Shown here: positions 20,870-32,381 of the stretch, in pieces | How the letters are laid out: every line of letters starts with the position of its first letter | How positions within the stretch are numbered: position 1 is the stretch's first letter | From: Eledone cirrhosa | Lineage: Eukaryota | Assembly (NCBI GenBank): GCA_964016885.1 | Contig: OZ024741.1 | Coordinates: forward strand, 318,246,001-318,310,000 | DNA: 64,000 nucleotides | Direction: 5' to 3' | The notes under the pieces: generated by a model | The model's input: only the letters and a program-made list of their open reading frames with translations | The model's database searches: none | What the model was told of the DNA's origin: nothing | Made by a program: the position numbers and the translations under genes

Positions 20870-22215
20870 ACGAATATCATAAACCTAAACCAAGACCTAC
20901 CTTACAAATAGATTCAGTCAGTCAAAAAACTTGTAACATATTAAAACAATGACCACCACAAAATATTTCATGTCAAATCAACAAAACCCGAAACCCATAA
21001 CGAAGAAATAAATTTAAACCAAATTTAAACATGGAAAAATTGAACGACAACATGTTAATGACTAGCCCACTTTAATGATACCACGAGGACGAACTTCATC
21101 AAGTCAAAAACGCCCTCAATATCCAGTTTCCCTTAAAGGTCGATTCTACTGGATAACTGAACTTTATATACTCTGCGTTGCACCTAATCATAAAACTACC
21201 AAACCATAAATATGCTACCATCATGCTCGATGGGTGCCGCCCATGTATTCTACCGAGAGAATAAAGTTGAAATAAATTAACCGAAACCAAAATAATCACT
21301 CCATAAACCGAGTAAATATAACATAATTTAGAATAAATGAAGTTCATAATCGGTAGTAAAAACGAATTTAACCAAATCAACGCTAGAATCCCAAAACACT
21401 ACTCAAATATGTTCAATTTCACATTCAAACGAAAAACTTAAAAATAGACTAAATTAGAACTGGAAACTAAAATACACAAGCAGCATTAAATTTATAACAA
21501 ATTATCATACCTGTATCCGTCTAACATCGAACTGCTACAAGCTAAACGATATGACTACAACGCCTGACGGCAATAATCTAAGAGAGCGGAAATCCCCCCA
21601 ATTTCCGCCACTACACTTGCTCCGAAAACTATTTCCGTTACGACCATCACGCACGCGCACATATATTACGCAGCTTAAAAGTATAAGACCCATAAAAATG
21701 AATATAGACTGAACCGTTATTATCTCCCGTAGTTTATCCAACATAAAATAATTAACCATCCACACCTAACTCTTTAAACCTTATATAATTCCTATACTAA
21801 CCCACAGAGTTTTGTATGCAAATACAAAATTATTGCAGACGATACTTTCGAAAACATAACGAAAATACCTCTACGTTAAACATAATTTAAAAAAGGAAAA
21901 ATTTCAAATCCATCCTTCAACTAAAGCCTTAGTTACATTATCATGTCACTAATTAATTTGAACAAGAGAGAAACATTTCGTACCAAAGATCTTTCAACGG
22001 GCATTTTAGTCGCCACAGTATTAGTGTCATGATACTACAATATATATGAAATGACTTTTCTCGTTACCCCAAACCAACAACAAATAATTGTTTCTCCTTT
22101 TGGCACAAGGCCAGCAATTATCCCAACGAACTACCCCTACTCAGCTACAATTAACACAGTTATTTACACAGATAACACAATTAGTTAATCATTTTAACCA
22201 TTTAACAAAATGAAG
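20870..22215 (+). mobile_element. Highly decayed retroelement-like (possibly PLE) sequence
   Basis: A/C-skewed non-simple sequence with vestigial coding-like pieces; no intact motif. Confidence 0.25.
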
Positions 22216-22217
22216 AA

Positions 22218-22536
22218 GGCACTCCGTCGTTTACAACGACAAGTGTTCCAATTGATCCGATCAACAGAACAGCCTGCTCATGAAATTAACGTGCAAGTGG
22301 CTGAGCATTCCACAGACACGCGTACCTTTAACGTAGTTCTCAGGGAGATTCAGCGTGACGCCGAACGTGACAAGGCTGGCCCTTCGAATTACAGGTACAA
22401 CTCATTTTTGATAGCTGATTGGACTGGAACAACGTGAAATAAAGTGTCTGGTTCAAGGCCAGAACGTGCGCCGCCGAGAATCGTACTCACGACCTTACGG
22501 TTGTGAGCCGATTAACTTAACCACAAAATATCATGC
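22218..22536 (-). mobile_element. SINE family B, near full length (~320 bp)
   Basis: tRNA-like head on minus strand (GTGGTTAAG...GTGAGTACGATTC) and a body shared with 22835-23070, 30060-30270, 48265-48445, 54460-54590, 57205-57525. Confidence 0.85.
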
Positions 22537-22578
22537 ATGTATTAACAAACTAAACAATGCAGATAAATCAAAATTAAT

Positions 22579-22748
22579 GGCACAAGGCCAGCAATTTTGG
22601 AGGAGGGGAAAGTCGATTAAATCGACCCCGTAAGGATGAAAGGCAAAGTTAACCTCGGTGGGATTTGAACTCAGATTATAAGAGGCCGTAACTCTATGCT
22701 GCAAAGGATGGTGTCCGATTCTCAATCGATACTGCCAATCCACCGCCT
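22579..22748 (-). mobile_element. SINE family C
   Basis: GGCACAAGGCCAGCAATTTT...TCGACCCC...AAGGATGAAAGGCAAAGT...GATTTGAACTCAGA...CTGCCAATCCACCGCC; more than 12 copies in the window. Confidence 0.85.
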
Positions 22749-22834
22749 CATAAATCAGAATTAATGCGAACAATATATTATATCCTCAACAACAAAACAT
22801 GTTTTACCAATATTAAACATACGTTAAAACAGAA

Positions 22835-23070
22835 GACGGGGCAAGACATTTTATTTCACCTTCTTCACGGCCACACAGCTGGCAAAATTCAACTGTAACT
22901 AAGTCAAGGGGCCAGTCTTGTCTCATACAATATCCCACTTTATCTCATTTAGAAATACGTTAATGATGTACGTTTGTGGAATGCTCTACCACTTATGCGT
23001 TCATTTCACCAACAAGCTGTTCTGTTGTTTGTATAACAGGAACACTCGTCGTTGGAACCGATGGAGAACC
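22835..23070 (+). mobile_element. SINE family B fragment
   Basis: GCAAGACATTTTATTTCAC...CAGCTGGCAAAA...AACCGATGGAG; inverted relative to 22218-22536. Confidence 0.7.
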
Positions 23071-23251
23071 ACCAAAGCACATACGCAGATAGAGGAATTA
23101 ATAGAATGTAAGGACTGTGGTAGAGATTAAAAAAAAAGTCTCTTCTTTTTTCTCTTCCACACTACATCCCACGTATTCACAGAAATTAATTCATTCTGGA
23201 AAAAAAAAATCTTACAGCCGTTCTGAAGTAAACAACGTGCAGTAACATTTA

Positions 23252-23361
<110 letters not shown>

Positions 23362-23503
23362 GGTTTGGAATTTCAAGATGATTTTCTAATTGTAACAATT
23401 GCATGATCACAACTCTGCAACTTCACAGTAAGCTTTATGGCAAACATACGTTCCATAACCTGCCAAACGACATCACACAGAGCAGCTCAATCCATCAACA
23501 TCG

Positions 23504-23535
<32 letters not shown>

Positions 23536-24022
23536 GTATATATATATTTCTGCTACCTGCAGCTCACGGATCATATTTAAATAATTCAGCACGTCAAATC
23601 GATAATAGAATTTGAGAACGATTAGAAAATTTTCAAACTACATTAGGCAAAAATAATTGATTTTATTTTTTTTTTTTTATTGTCTTATGTTTTTTACTGA
23701 TAATATATTTGTAAGAAATGTAAATCGAACTCTTTAACAACTCCACTTTGTCTTCCCTTAGGCTCGTCATTACAGTGTTGGCATTAGATCTTATACCATT
23801 TCCGCAACTCTGGCAGCGGATATTATCTTATTTCTAAGCGAGAACTTTGCTTCAGATATTTAAAACAAAACAGTTCATCCAGATGAGTAATAATATGTTA
23901 TCCTATTTAGAATGAGGAATAACAATTAAAAGCTTTCTCGCTAATCAATATTAGCAAAACCTTTATCACCATCATCATCACCATTATTATTATTATTATT
24001 ATCCTTATCATTACTATTATTA

Positions 24023-24057
<35 letters not shown>

Positions 24058-24301
24058 GCTAAGTAAAAACAAGGACGATATCACAATGTTTATGGGATGG
24101 GAGCCAACGTTTGATCAATGCTTGATCGAGAAATAGGCATAAAACAGCTGAAAAGATTTCGTAATCTAAAGTAAGATTTTGTTGCTGAGCCAAATAAATA
24201 ATAAAAATAAAATAGCAACAAAAACATTGACATAAAATTGTTATGCCGTCATACATAACATTTATTCGCCCAGCCAGATAAAAATAGTAATCAAATCTCC
24301 C

Positions 24302-24537
24302 TTGACCCTTTTAATACCAAACCGCCTGAAAATTCACCTGGTTCTACAATTTAAAAAAAAAAAACTTCCCGTAATTTTATTTAAGAATTTTGTTAAGTTA
24401 TTTTCCAAACCCAACTTAAGAGTGAGAATGTTTGTTATATTACTAAATTCTAATAATTCACTATTTTTCAAAATCAATTAAATTAAAAATCATAAGCAGT
24501 GTTTTTCATTAGAAATGTCGTAAAGAAACGGTTCAAC
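24302..24537 (+). mobile_element. piggyBac-like MITE (decayed)
   Basis: TTGACCCTTTTAATACC...GTAAAGAAACGGTTCAA ends resemble TTAA-CCC...GGG-TTAA; homologous (reverse) to 31145-32529. Confidence 0.5.
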
Positions 24538-24656
24538 AATACCCTACTGTCATACATAAGGATGATACGATAAAAATTGTAGTTATAGATACCTAGAAAT
24601 AGCCACCAGGAGGCTAGGTTAGTTTAATTAGTAAATTAGTATGTTATATGAGAATT

Positions 24657-24785
24657 GGTAGGCAGCAGATTGGTAGAGTCATTAGGGGCGTAGTTCCAGC
24701 TTTCAGAGCTCTGAGTTCAAATCTCGTCGAGGTCAACTTTGCTTTTTATCATTTTGTGGTCGATAAATAATAATGTGCCAGTTTC
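24657..24785 (+). mobile_element. SINE family C fragment
   Basis: CTGAGTTCAAATCTCGTCGAGGTCAACTTTGCTTTTTATC. Confidence 0.7.
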
Positions 24786-24989
24786 TTTCTTTCACTTATC
24801 TCTCTCTCTATCTTTCTTTCTCACTGTGGAAGAAATTCCACCCATTGATGGATGGTAACTAGGGATAGATGAATAAGTTACATCAAAGCAACTTTGCTAC
24901 AAAAGATGGGGCATGTTATGATTGGAATGTATTTGACCACAAGTCTGTTTGACTAATATTGGCCTGTGTTAAACAACACCAATATTTAA

Positions 24990-25150
24990 CCCTAGATCAG
25001 CTTGACCAAGATTAATTTAGGCTAAACAACATTAGACCATATATCAGCTTGACCAAGGATAAACAAGAACTTTTGACCATAGATCAGCTTGACCAAACTT
25101 GAACATTTTATCATAGATCAGGTTGACCACGACTGGCTTAGGCTCAATAA
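24990..25150. repeat. Short degenerate tandem repeat
   Basis: TAGATCAGCTTGACCAA core four times. Confidence 0.7.
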
Positions 25151-25984
25151 CAACATAAACAACTAGAAGTATTTTGTTCTTGAGCATTATCATTTTGATA
25201 TTGTTACAGGTTGTTTCTGTATTATAGGAAAGATCAAATTCTATTTTAATGAAATATATATATTAACGATGTTAATATAATTTATATTTCTGTTTATTGA
25301 AGAAACTAACCAATTTGATTGGATTATTAAAATTTAAAATAATATCATATGCCATTTCCTTCGAGTGTTGAACATTTTTGATAAAAGCTGTTGGTGAGGA
25401 TTATGTGCGAATTAAACTTTCTCACTCAGATCAAATAGGTTTAGCACAGTATGTGTTGATGTTCAGTTGTTAGATCTGTACAGGTGAGGAGGTAAATATT
25501 TCTGTGTAATATAGAATTAAGAGAGATAGAGATAGAGATAGAGATAGAGAAAGAGATAGAAAGGAGGGGGAGTAAAAAGTAATTTTTGCCAGAAGAACAT
25601 TTTTCTAATTACTTTGTTAATTAAATTAGGGATTCATCGATTGAATAAATATTTTAATATGTTGATTCTTTTTGCTGTTAAAATTTAAAGTGTGATGGTT
25701 TGTTTGTGTTGTAATTAAACGAGGTTGATTAAAGTTTTCTCGCAACGTGCCAACTGTAAATTCTTTCATGTGATTTATTGAACCACATAACTACTTTCGA
25801 GTGGTATGAATGGAATGTATATGTAAGAAGTTGTAGTGTGAATCAGTTACTAGATTATTCCACTCCTAAAGAACCCTAACAAATCAATGAAAATTTAAGC
25901 AAAGGTGATCAACTCAAACGTCATTCCCACACTCACATACCAATATGAAAACAGGAATATGAGAAATCCTATAGAGCACTAAGT

Positions 25985-26320
25985 TACGAGCTGTGTGAGA
26001 AAAGCTTTCAACAAGAGCAGACGAGGTAGGATCAGGTGGGACAACACTAATCCATGGTCACATACAACAACAGAGAGTATGATGCCTCAGAGACATTACG
26101 AGAATGCCAACCTATCAACCATTTCAACCAGTCCATTTTGTGTACAACACAAATATGTGTAGCCACATGGCCAGAGGCCAACTAGGGAAGACATGTATTG
26201 ATGGCGTCAAAGAAACTCTGATATCATATGGCATCACACTAAGACAGGACTTCCAGATGGCAGTAGAATGATAGCTCTTTCTTTCTGCGTCATCTCCAAG
26301 GGTACAAGAGGGGCGATTAA
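25985..26320 (+). mobile_element. Decayed RTE-like LINE 3' end
   Basis: PRGQLGKTCIDGVKETL resembles the RPRGRP..W.D.V motif at RTE ORF2 ends. Confidence 0.35.
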
Positions 26321-26539
26321 AGAATGAATAAAATTGTTTCCTCATTTCTAATTTAATAGAATTAGCCAAACATGGTGTGCTATTTCCTAAAGGATAATGA
26401 TTTCTTTCATTGGCCCATGGCCAGAAATTGGTAGCGAAAGTATTTAATTGATTTTTATATCGATTATTTACATTATTGATTTTTTTTTATTCTTTCCGGT
26501 ACTTAATTCTTCCGTTCACCTTCATACGAATTTTTCAGC

Positions 26540-26855
26540 CCCTTTTCCTACTACGACAGCAATGTTCACTTCCCTACCATGATAGCACAGTTCACTTTCC
26601 TACTATGATAACACTGTTCACTTTCCTACTATGATAGCACAGTTCACTTTCCTACTATGATAACACTGTTCACTTCCCTACTATGACAGCACTGTTCACT
26701 TCCCTACAATTATAGTACTGTTCACCTCCCTACTACCATATTACTGTTCACCTTCCTACCACGATAGTACCGTTCACTTCCTTACTACGACAGTCCCGTT
26801 CACTTCCTTACTATGACATTACTGTTCACCTCCATACTACTATAGCACCGTTCAC
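26540..26855. repeat. 26-bp minisatellite, ~12 units
   Basis: AGCACTGTTCACTTCCCTACTATGAT-like unit; GTTCAC at 26590, 26616, 26642, 26668, 26694. Confidence 0.9.
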
Positions 26856-26999
26856 ACAGAATATTAATGTGTCGTTTTCAATTACACAACTCACGGCATT
26901 TACATTAACCCCGATACATTATTTTATGCGGTTTAGTCTCGGAGTTTTAAGAACAAAGCTATCTTGTCAAATATATTGACATCCTAAAGCTCAAGGGAG

Positions 27000-27485
27000 C
27001 ATCAGTTAACACATACATTAATAGTTATCACACATCATATCTGTTACTAGTCCTCACATAGCTCATTCGATAGTAGTTATTTCCATAACACATTCATTAC
27101 CACTTATCTTATAACACATTCGTTACTGGTTATCACATAACATGTGAAGGTGAAGACGCGTGGCATATTGGCTAGAGAGTTGGATTCACGTTGTGTTCCC
27201 GGGTAAGAAGCTACATTTTACGTTGTTTTTCACGATAAAACTGGGACCCTATCATTAAAACACTCAAGGAACCTCATATAAAATGCAAACTCTTGGGTCT
27301 TGGGAGGCAACTTGTTGGCAGTTCGGCCATGCTGATGCGTCACAACCAATACTTGTTATCACATAAATAGTTATTACATATTGCATTCAATACTAGTTAC
27401 CACATAACACATTCAATACTAGTTATCTCAGAACACAATCAATACTAGTTATCACATTCAATACTGGATATCACATGTCACATAA
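27000..27485. repeat. Degenerate ~26-bp minisatellite interrupted by a SINE-headed insert (27150-27345)
   Basis: TAGTTATCACATAACACATTCAATAC-like units on both sides. Confidence 0.65.
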
Positions 27486-28349
27486 CTCGTCCATTTACTA
27501 ATTAAGATAACTTGGCCTTCTACGTTTTAAATATATCATTTATTAGAAACGCGATTCAAAATGCAAAGAATTTCTATATTTTCTGGTTGGGACTCTTTAC
27601 TAAGATCGCTATTCAATATAGTCTGAAAGCAATAACGTTAGCTAGAGTTCAATTATCCCCTTTTATCGATCTGTTATCGTTTAGAACGTGGCCATTGTTT
27701 GATCAGCGCAATCAATTTCCTGCGAATGAACCAGAGCCAGATATTTACTACGAATTCAACTCTGGTAGTAATAATAATGATAATAATAATTATTGTAGTA
27801 GTAGTAGTAATAGTAATAGTAGTAGTACCACCACCAAAATATGCCTGAAACAATTTTATAGCAGACAAGAGTGGTATGCTGGTGAAGGAAATATGGTTGG
27901 TACAATGTTAGAAGAGATGTTGAGACAACAAAATAAGGTGTACTTGAAATGAAAATTCTAAATAGACTTTTATTTGCGAAATAATAAAAGAGACTATATT
28001 AACACCAGTAGTGAAAAAGAAAAAAAATACAATAAAAAAACAAACACCTAAATCTACCTGCATCAACAAATCTGAAACATTAAAGAATTAGATTAACGTT
28101 GGTTGACACCATTTTTAATAATTCTGTTGTTGTTTTAGTTGTTTTAATATTTAGCATTAATAAAGAAACGGTGGAGCAACTTAAAACAAACACGGTGTTG
28201 ATCTATATAAAAATAATGTAAATCTTTACATTCCATCAGAGAACTACAGTTGCTGTTTAAAAGGCCCAGGGTTCGTATTTAGTCTTCGCTCTTGTACATG
28301 TTGACGCCATATGTAATTCTGTTTTAAACTAGTTAGCTTTAACAAAGAA

Positions 28350-28479
28350 GGCGGCGAATTCTCAGAGTCGTTAGAACATAGGATGCTTTGTAATATTTGT
28401 TCCGACTCTCTATGTTCTGAGGTTAAGTTTGGCTCTCATCCATTCAAGGCGAAAAAAAAAATACCAGTCCAGTACTTAG

Positions 28480-28480
<1 letters not shown>
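28350..28480 (+). mobile_element. SINE family C fragment followed by (CT)n
   Basis: GGCGGCGAATTCTCAGAGTCGTTAG...TGTTCTGAG. Confidence 0.6.
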
Positions 28481-28566
<86 letters not shown>

Positions 28567-28819
28567 TTCTCTCTCTCTTTGTGTTCAAACCAGGAGAGAA
28601 GATAAACTCCATCACGTTTAAAATTGCTCACGATGGCGCTCATACATCTCCATTAAGATTTACGGGTCCATTCACACATGAATTAACAAAGAGACGGTGA
28701 AGAAGTCTGAACCAAAGACAGCTTGTCTTAATTTATTTTTAAAAAAAGCAAATCATATAGGGATCTGAGAACCACAGATGTTGAATGAACGGATCAAAGT
28801 TTGCAGCTCTTAGTTGTGC

Positions 28820-29060
28820 TACATATCGTTATTAGATACGGAAACTTTAAAGATAATGAACACAACCACAAGGATATGGTCCGAACGTGGAAGAGCCGAA
28901 ATCCCACTGTCATTACCGCCATCTCTGTCGCCCTCCCCATCTCTCTGTATGGTGAGCAAATGGGGTCCCACGTGCTGGCCTCCCTGCAGCCCCGCGGACA
29001 GAATGGAGAAGGCGTTTCCCCGCCGGAGAATGGTAAGGGAGATGCACGCTACAAAACTCT
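28820..29060 (+). repeat. Dispersed repeat homologous to 6150-6350
   Basis: Shared TCCCACTGTCA...TGAGCAAATGG...CCACG...CCCCG...AGAAGGCGTTTCC. Confidence 0.55.
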
Positions 29061-30059
29061 GTCCATGAACACAATGTTTTATTTCTTCTACCGGTTCTAC
29101 AAAGGTCTTTCCTTTTTAGAGCTTGCTAGTCTCAATAACTAACTCCATTCAGACGCTTCCTACTCACTCATATTTCCACCCCTCATCACCAATGTTGTGC
29201 TCAACACGTATCACTAATCCAGTCCTTCGTCACCAGAACATCGACCCTCTGGAACTCTATCCCTGCTTATGCTTTTTTTCCCCAAAAGGAGTTTGCTTGC
29301 AACAGTTTCAGTGGAACAACAACATTATCGATATCTCAGATTCCCAAGAGACTGTATAGACCATTGTTACTAAGTGTGTGACATAGCTGACTGCTGTAGC
29401 ACATATGCAGTAGGAATATCTCCTTGTTAAACAACGTGTCTCCCATTTGAGAATCACTGGTGTACAGTTTGACCTATTCCCATTTTCCCCAAGTTTTTCT
29501 TTTTATTTGTCTTTTAATGGTGTTACTGCGGTATAATAAGCAGTTTGCAACACAGGGAAATCGATTAAAATCTTAAAAAGAAAATATAGTGCGCAGCTCG
29601 ATATCAACGCCGAACTCCGATTCTTTTCTTTTGAAAAAGAGTTCCTTATCTCGAAATATAATGAAATGTAAGATAAAAGTTTAAACTATTGTGTTTTTAT
29701 TTTTACATTACTCAACTCTAGTTTTCATTTTTGGTAGAACAATTTTAACCACATATAGTTCATATAAACTATATATATAAACGTTCCGAAGTAGTGTGAA
29801 GTTAGCACTTTACAGAATTAAGAATTTAACGACGAAGATAAAAAAAAATATTCGTTTGGTGTATTTGTAACATGCATTCCTGGAAAACGTTATTTTATCA
29901 TTAACATGCTTGAATAGAACAGATAGTAGAAATATGAGCTGAAAAGAAATTGAGCTGGGTGGAAGTCGTATTCGATTTATGCAGGCTATGAAAGACATGT
30001 AGAGAAACCGCCTATTATTACGTTATTTAGGTGTAAAATACTTGCTGTCAGTGAACGTA

Positions 30060-30270
30060 TGTGACTTAGGGGTTAGGGTGTTCAACTCATAATCACAAGA
30101 TTGAAAGTCGGATTTCCGCCGGCATGTTATGTCTTTGATCAAGACACACTCTTTCGCATATATCTAGTCAACTTAGCTGGACAAATGAGTTGTACCTGTA
30201 ATTCGAAGTGTCTGACTTGTGTCACGCTGAATCTTCCAGAGAAATACGTTAAGGATATCCACTGAAACAC
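30060..30270 (+). mobile_element. SINE family B fragment
   Basis: GTGACTTAGGGGTTAGGG...AATGAGTTGTACCTGTAATTC...GTCACGCTGAATC. Confidence 0.7.
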
Positions 30271-31410
30271 TTGGCGTGGGATACGTCAGATGTCAAACAA
30301 CTCGCAGGAAATAATTATGTATAAAAAAGGCTAACAATGCATTGGAGATATTTAGGAGTAGTCTTCGATAAAGTAAGAAAGATTGATCGGAAAAAATGAA
30401 ATCGGACCGTAGAAACAATGTTTCCATCGGTCTTCCCAACTATCTGACATTTGCCACTCCTGGTAAAAGTTTCACCACTTTCCTGGTTACAGGACACTTG
30501 ATTTGAACTCAGAACGTGCAAATTCGGAATAGGTGCTGCAAGGCATCCAATCCAGCACTTTAAGATCTCCTCAAAATTCCACCGCTCATAAAATAGTACT
30601 TTATCCCCCCCGCCCAAAAAAAAAGAATGAAATATAAAGCTGACCTCGACGGGATTTGAACTCAAAACGTAAAGACACAGAACAAATACCTCACTTTTCT
30701 GACGATCTAACAACTCTTCCAATTCGCTGAGTGTTATAAAAAGCACTTGGAATAGAGCTAATATAGACGAGAAACTGTGTTGGGATATTGAATTTCACAG
30801 GCATGAAACTAGTACTGCTAACAGACTATATGTAACTTTAGAGAATGACCTGAAAAAGCAAATATAGATTATTGGTATAGTTTGTCCCAGTGAGAGAAAA
30901 ATATCGATAAAAACAGCAAGAAAGAAACTGAGAAAGAAACAGCAAAGTGTAGCTTTTGAAATACGTGAAAGGATGAGAGGATATAAGGTGATTGTAAAGA
31001 TTGCAAGAGAGACAACCAAGTATGGTAATTATGGCGGAGAGGAAACAATTGAGTGTCTATAAAGATTCAGAAACCTTGAGGAGTGAAACAATATTGACAA
31101 GACATATTGTCTAGAATTGTCCAATCTAACCGAACTTTGCTGTCTTAACTCTTTCGTTGCCATTTTTTACAGGAAAGACACTGACTATGATTTCAAAATA
31201 ATCATGAACTTGGATAAAGGTATTGGTAAAGTATCAAAATGTCTGATTATTAAACTTTGGAACATAACTTAACAAAGGTTATTACATAAAATTATGATAG
31301 AAGGTTGTTAGATAAATATAAACACTTTAACCCTTACATAAAGGAGACACAACCTATAGTTTTCAAATCATTTTGAAAATAACCAAAATCTTGGATGGAT
31401 TTATTAATAA

Positions 31411-32381
31411 CTAGCATTAAAGCCCGGCGTTGCTCGGGGTCATTAAGTTACCAAAGTTAGGTTGCACCACCCATTTTATGGCAGCACTTTTTCGTCTGCC
31501 AGGCACTGGGTGAAGGAATTGCAGACCTGGAAGCATGAGCTGCGCCAGCAGTGACAATTGTAGTTTCGCCTATGGATATTATCTCTGTGCAAAAAAGTGT
31601 TGAAATTTATTGTTTCACAGTACTTGCGCAACACGCGCGTAGACGATGCCAGCCGAACAACATAGCTGCGATGGAGTTGTTCTGCATGGTTGTCTGTGTG
31701 TTTTCTAAATTTAAGACAGTAGGGAGGGTTGTGATATGAGGGAGAGTTAGCTGTTGTTTCTAGCAGGTTTAGTGACCTCATAGAGGATATGTGTTTTCTA
31801 AATTTAAGACAGTAGGGAGTGGTGTGATATGGGGGAGAGTTAGCTGCTGTTTCTAGCAGGTTTAGTGACCTCATAGAAGATATGTTTTCTAAATTTAAGA
31901 CAGTAGGGAGGGGTGTGATATGGGGGAGAGTTAGCTGCTGTTTCTAGCAGGTTTAGTAACCTCATAGAGGATATGTGTTTTCTAAATTTAAGACAGTAGG
32001 GAGTGGTGTGGGGAGGGGTGTGATATGGGGAGAGTTAGCTGCTGTTTCTAGCAGGTTTAGTAACCTCATAGAGGATATGTGTTTTCTAAATTTAAGACAG
32101 TAGGGAGTGGTGTGAACGGACAGTATCACCATCAAGCTTAGAAAGAGAAAGTAGCAGAAAGTATGAAGTTATATAGATTTTGAATGGTAGTAGAAAGAGT
32201 TCAGCAGTTTAAATGAGAGAGAAAAATCGTAATTGTGGGTGAAATTGAAAAAATTATCTGCGTCAAGACGCAATCGAAACTATTTCGAATACTGAATTGT
32301 AAATTTCAATTGAAGAAATTCTATATCGTAGATTTCTATAACGAAGGAGCATGACCACACACTGAGCTTTATAGATTATGA
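31411..32381 (-). mobile_element. Complete non-autonomous Helitron (~971 bp)
   Basis: Minus strand A|TCATAATCTATAAAGC...CCCGAGCAACGCCGGG-CTTTAATG-CTAG|T: TC start, subterminal hairpin, CTAG end, A|T target, no TSD. Confidence 0.8.
31697..32115. repeat. ~93-bp tandem repeat (4.4 units) inside the Helitron
   Basis: TGTTTTCTAAATTTAAGACAGTAGGGAG starts near 31697, 31790, 31883, 31974 and 32078. Confidence 0.92.

Noticed and set aside
25890-26015. Faint C2H2 zinc-finger-like words (LKRHSHTH, CEKSF)
   Set aside because: Spacing is wrong, the frame is broken, and it adjoins a LINE relic.
26540-26855. Regularly spaced repeats resembling a CRISPR array (also 31697-32115)
   Set aside because: Head-to-tail units without unique spacers, no cas genes, eukaryotic context.
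28048-28071. Possible 14- or 24-nt micro-exon on the minus strand after tttcag
   Set aside because: Donor sites are weak and there is no supporting peptide evidence.
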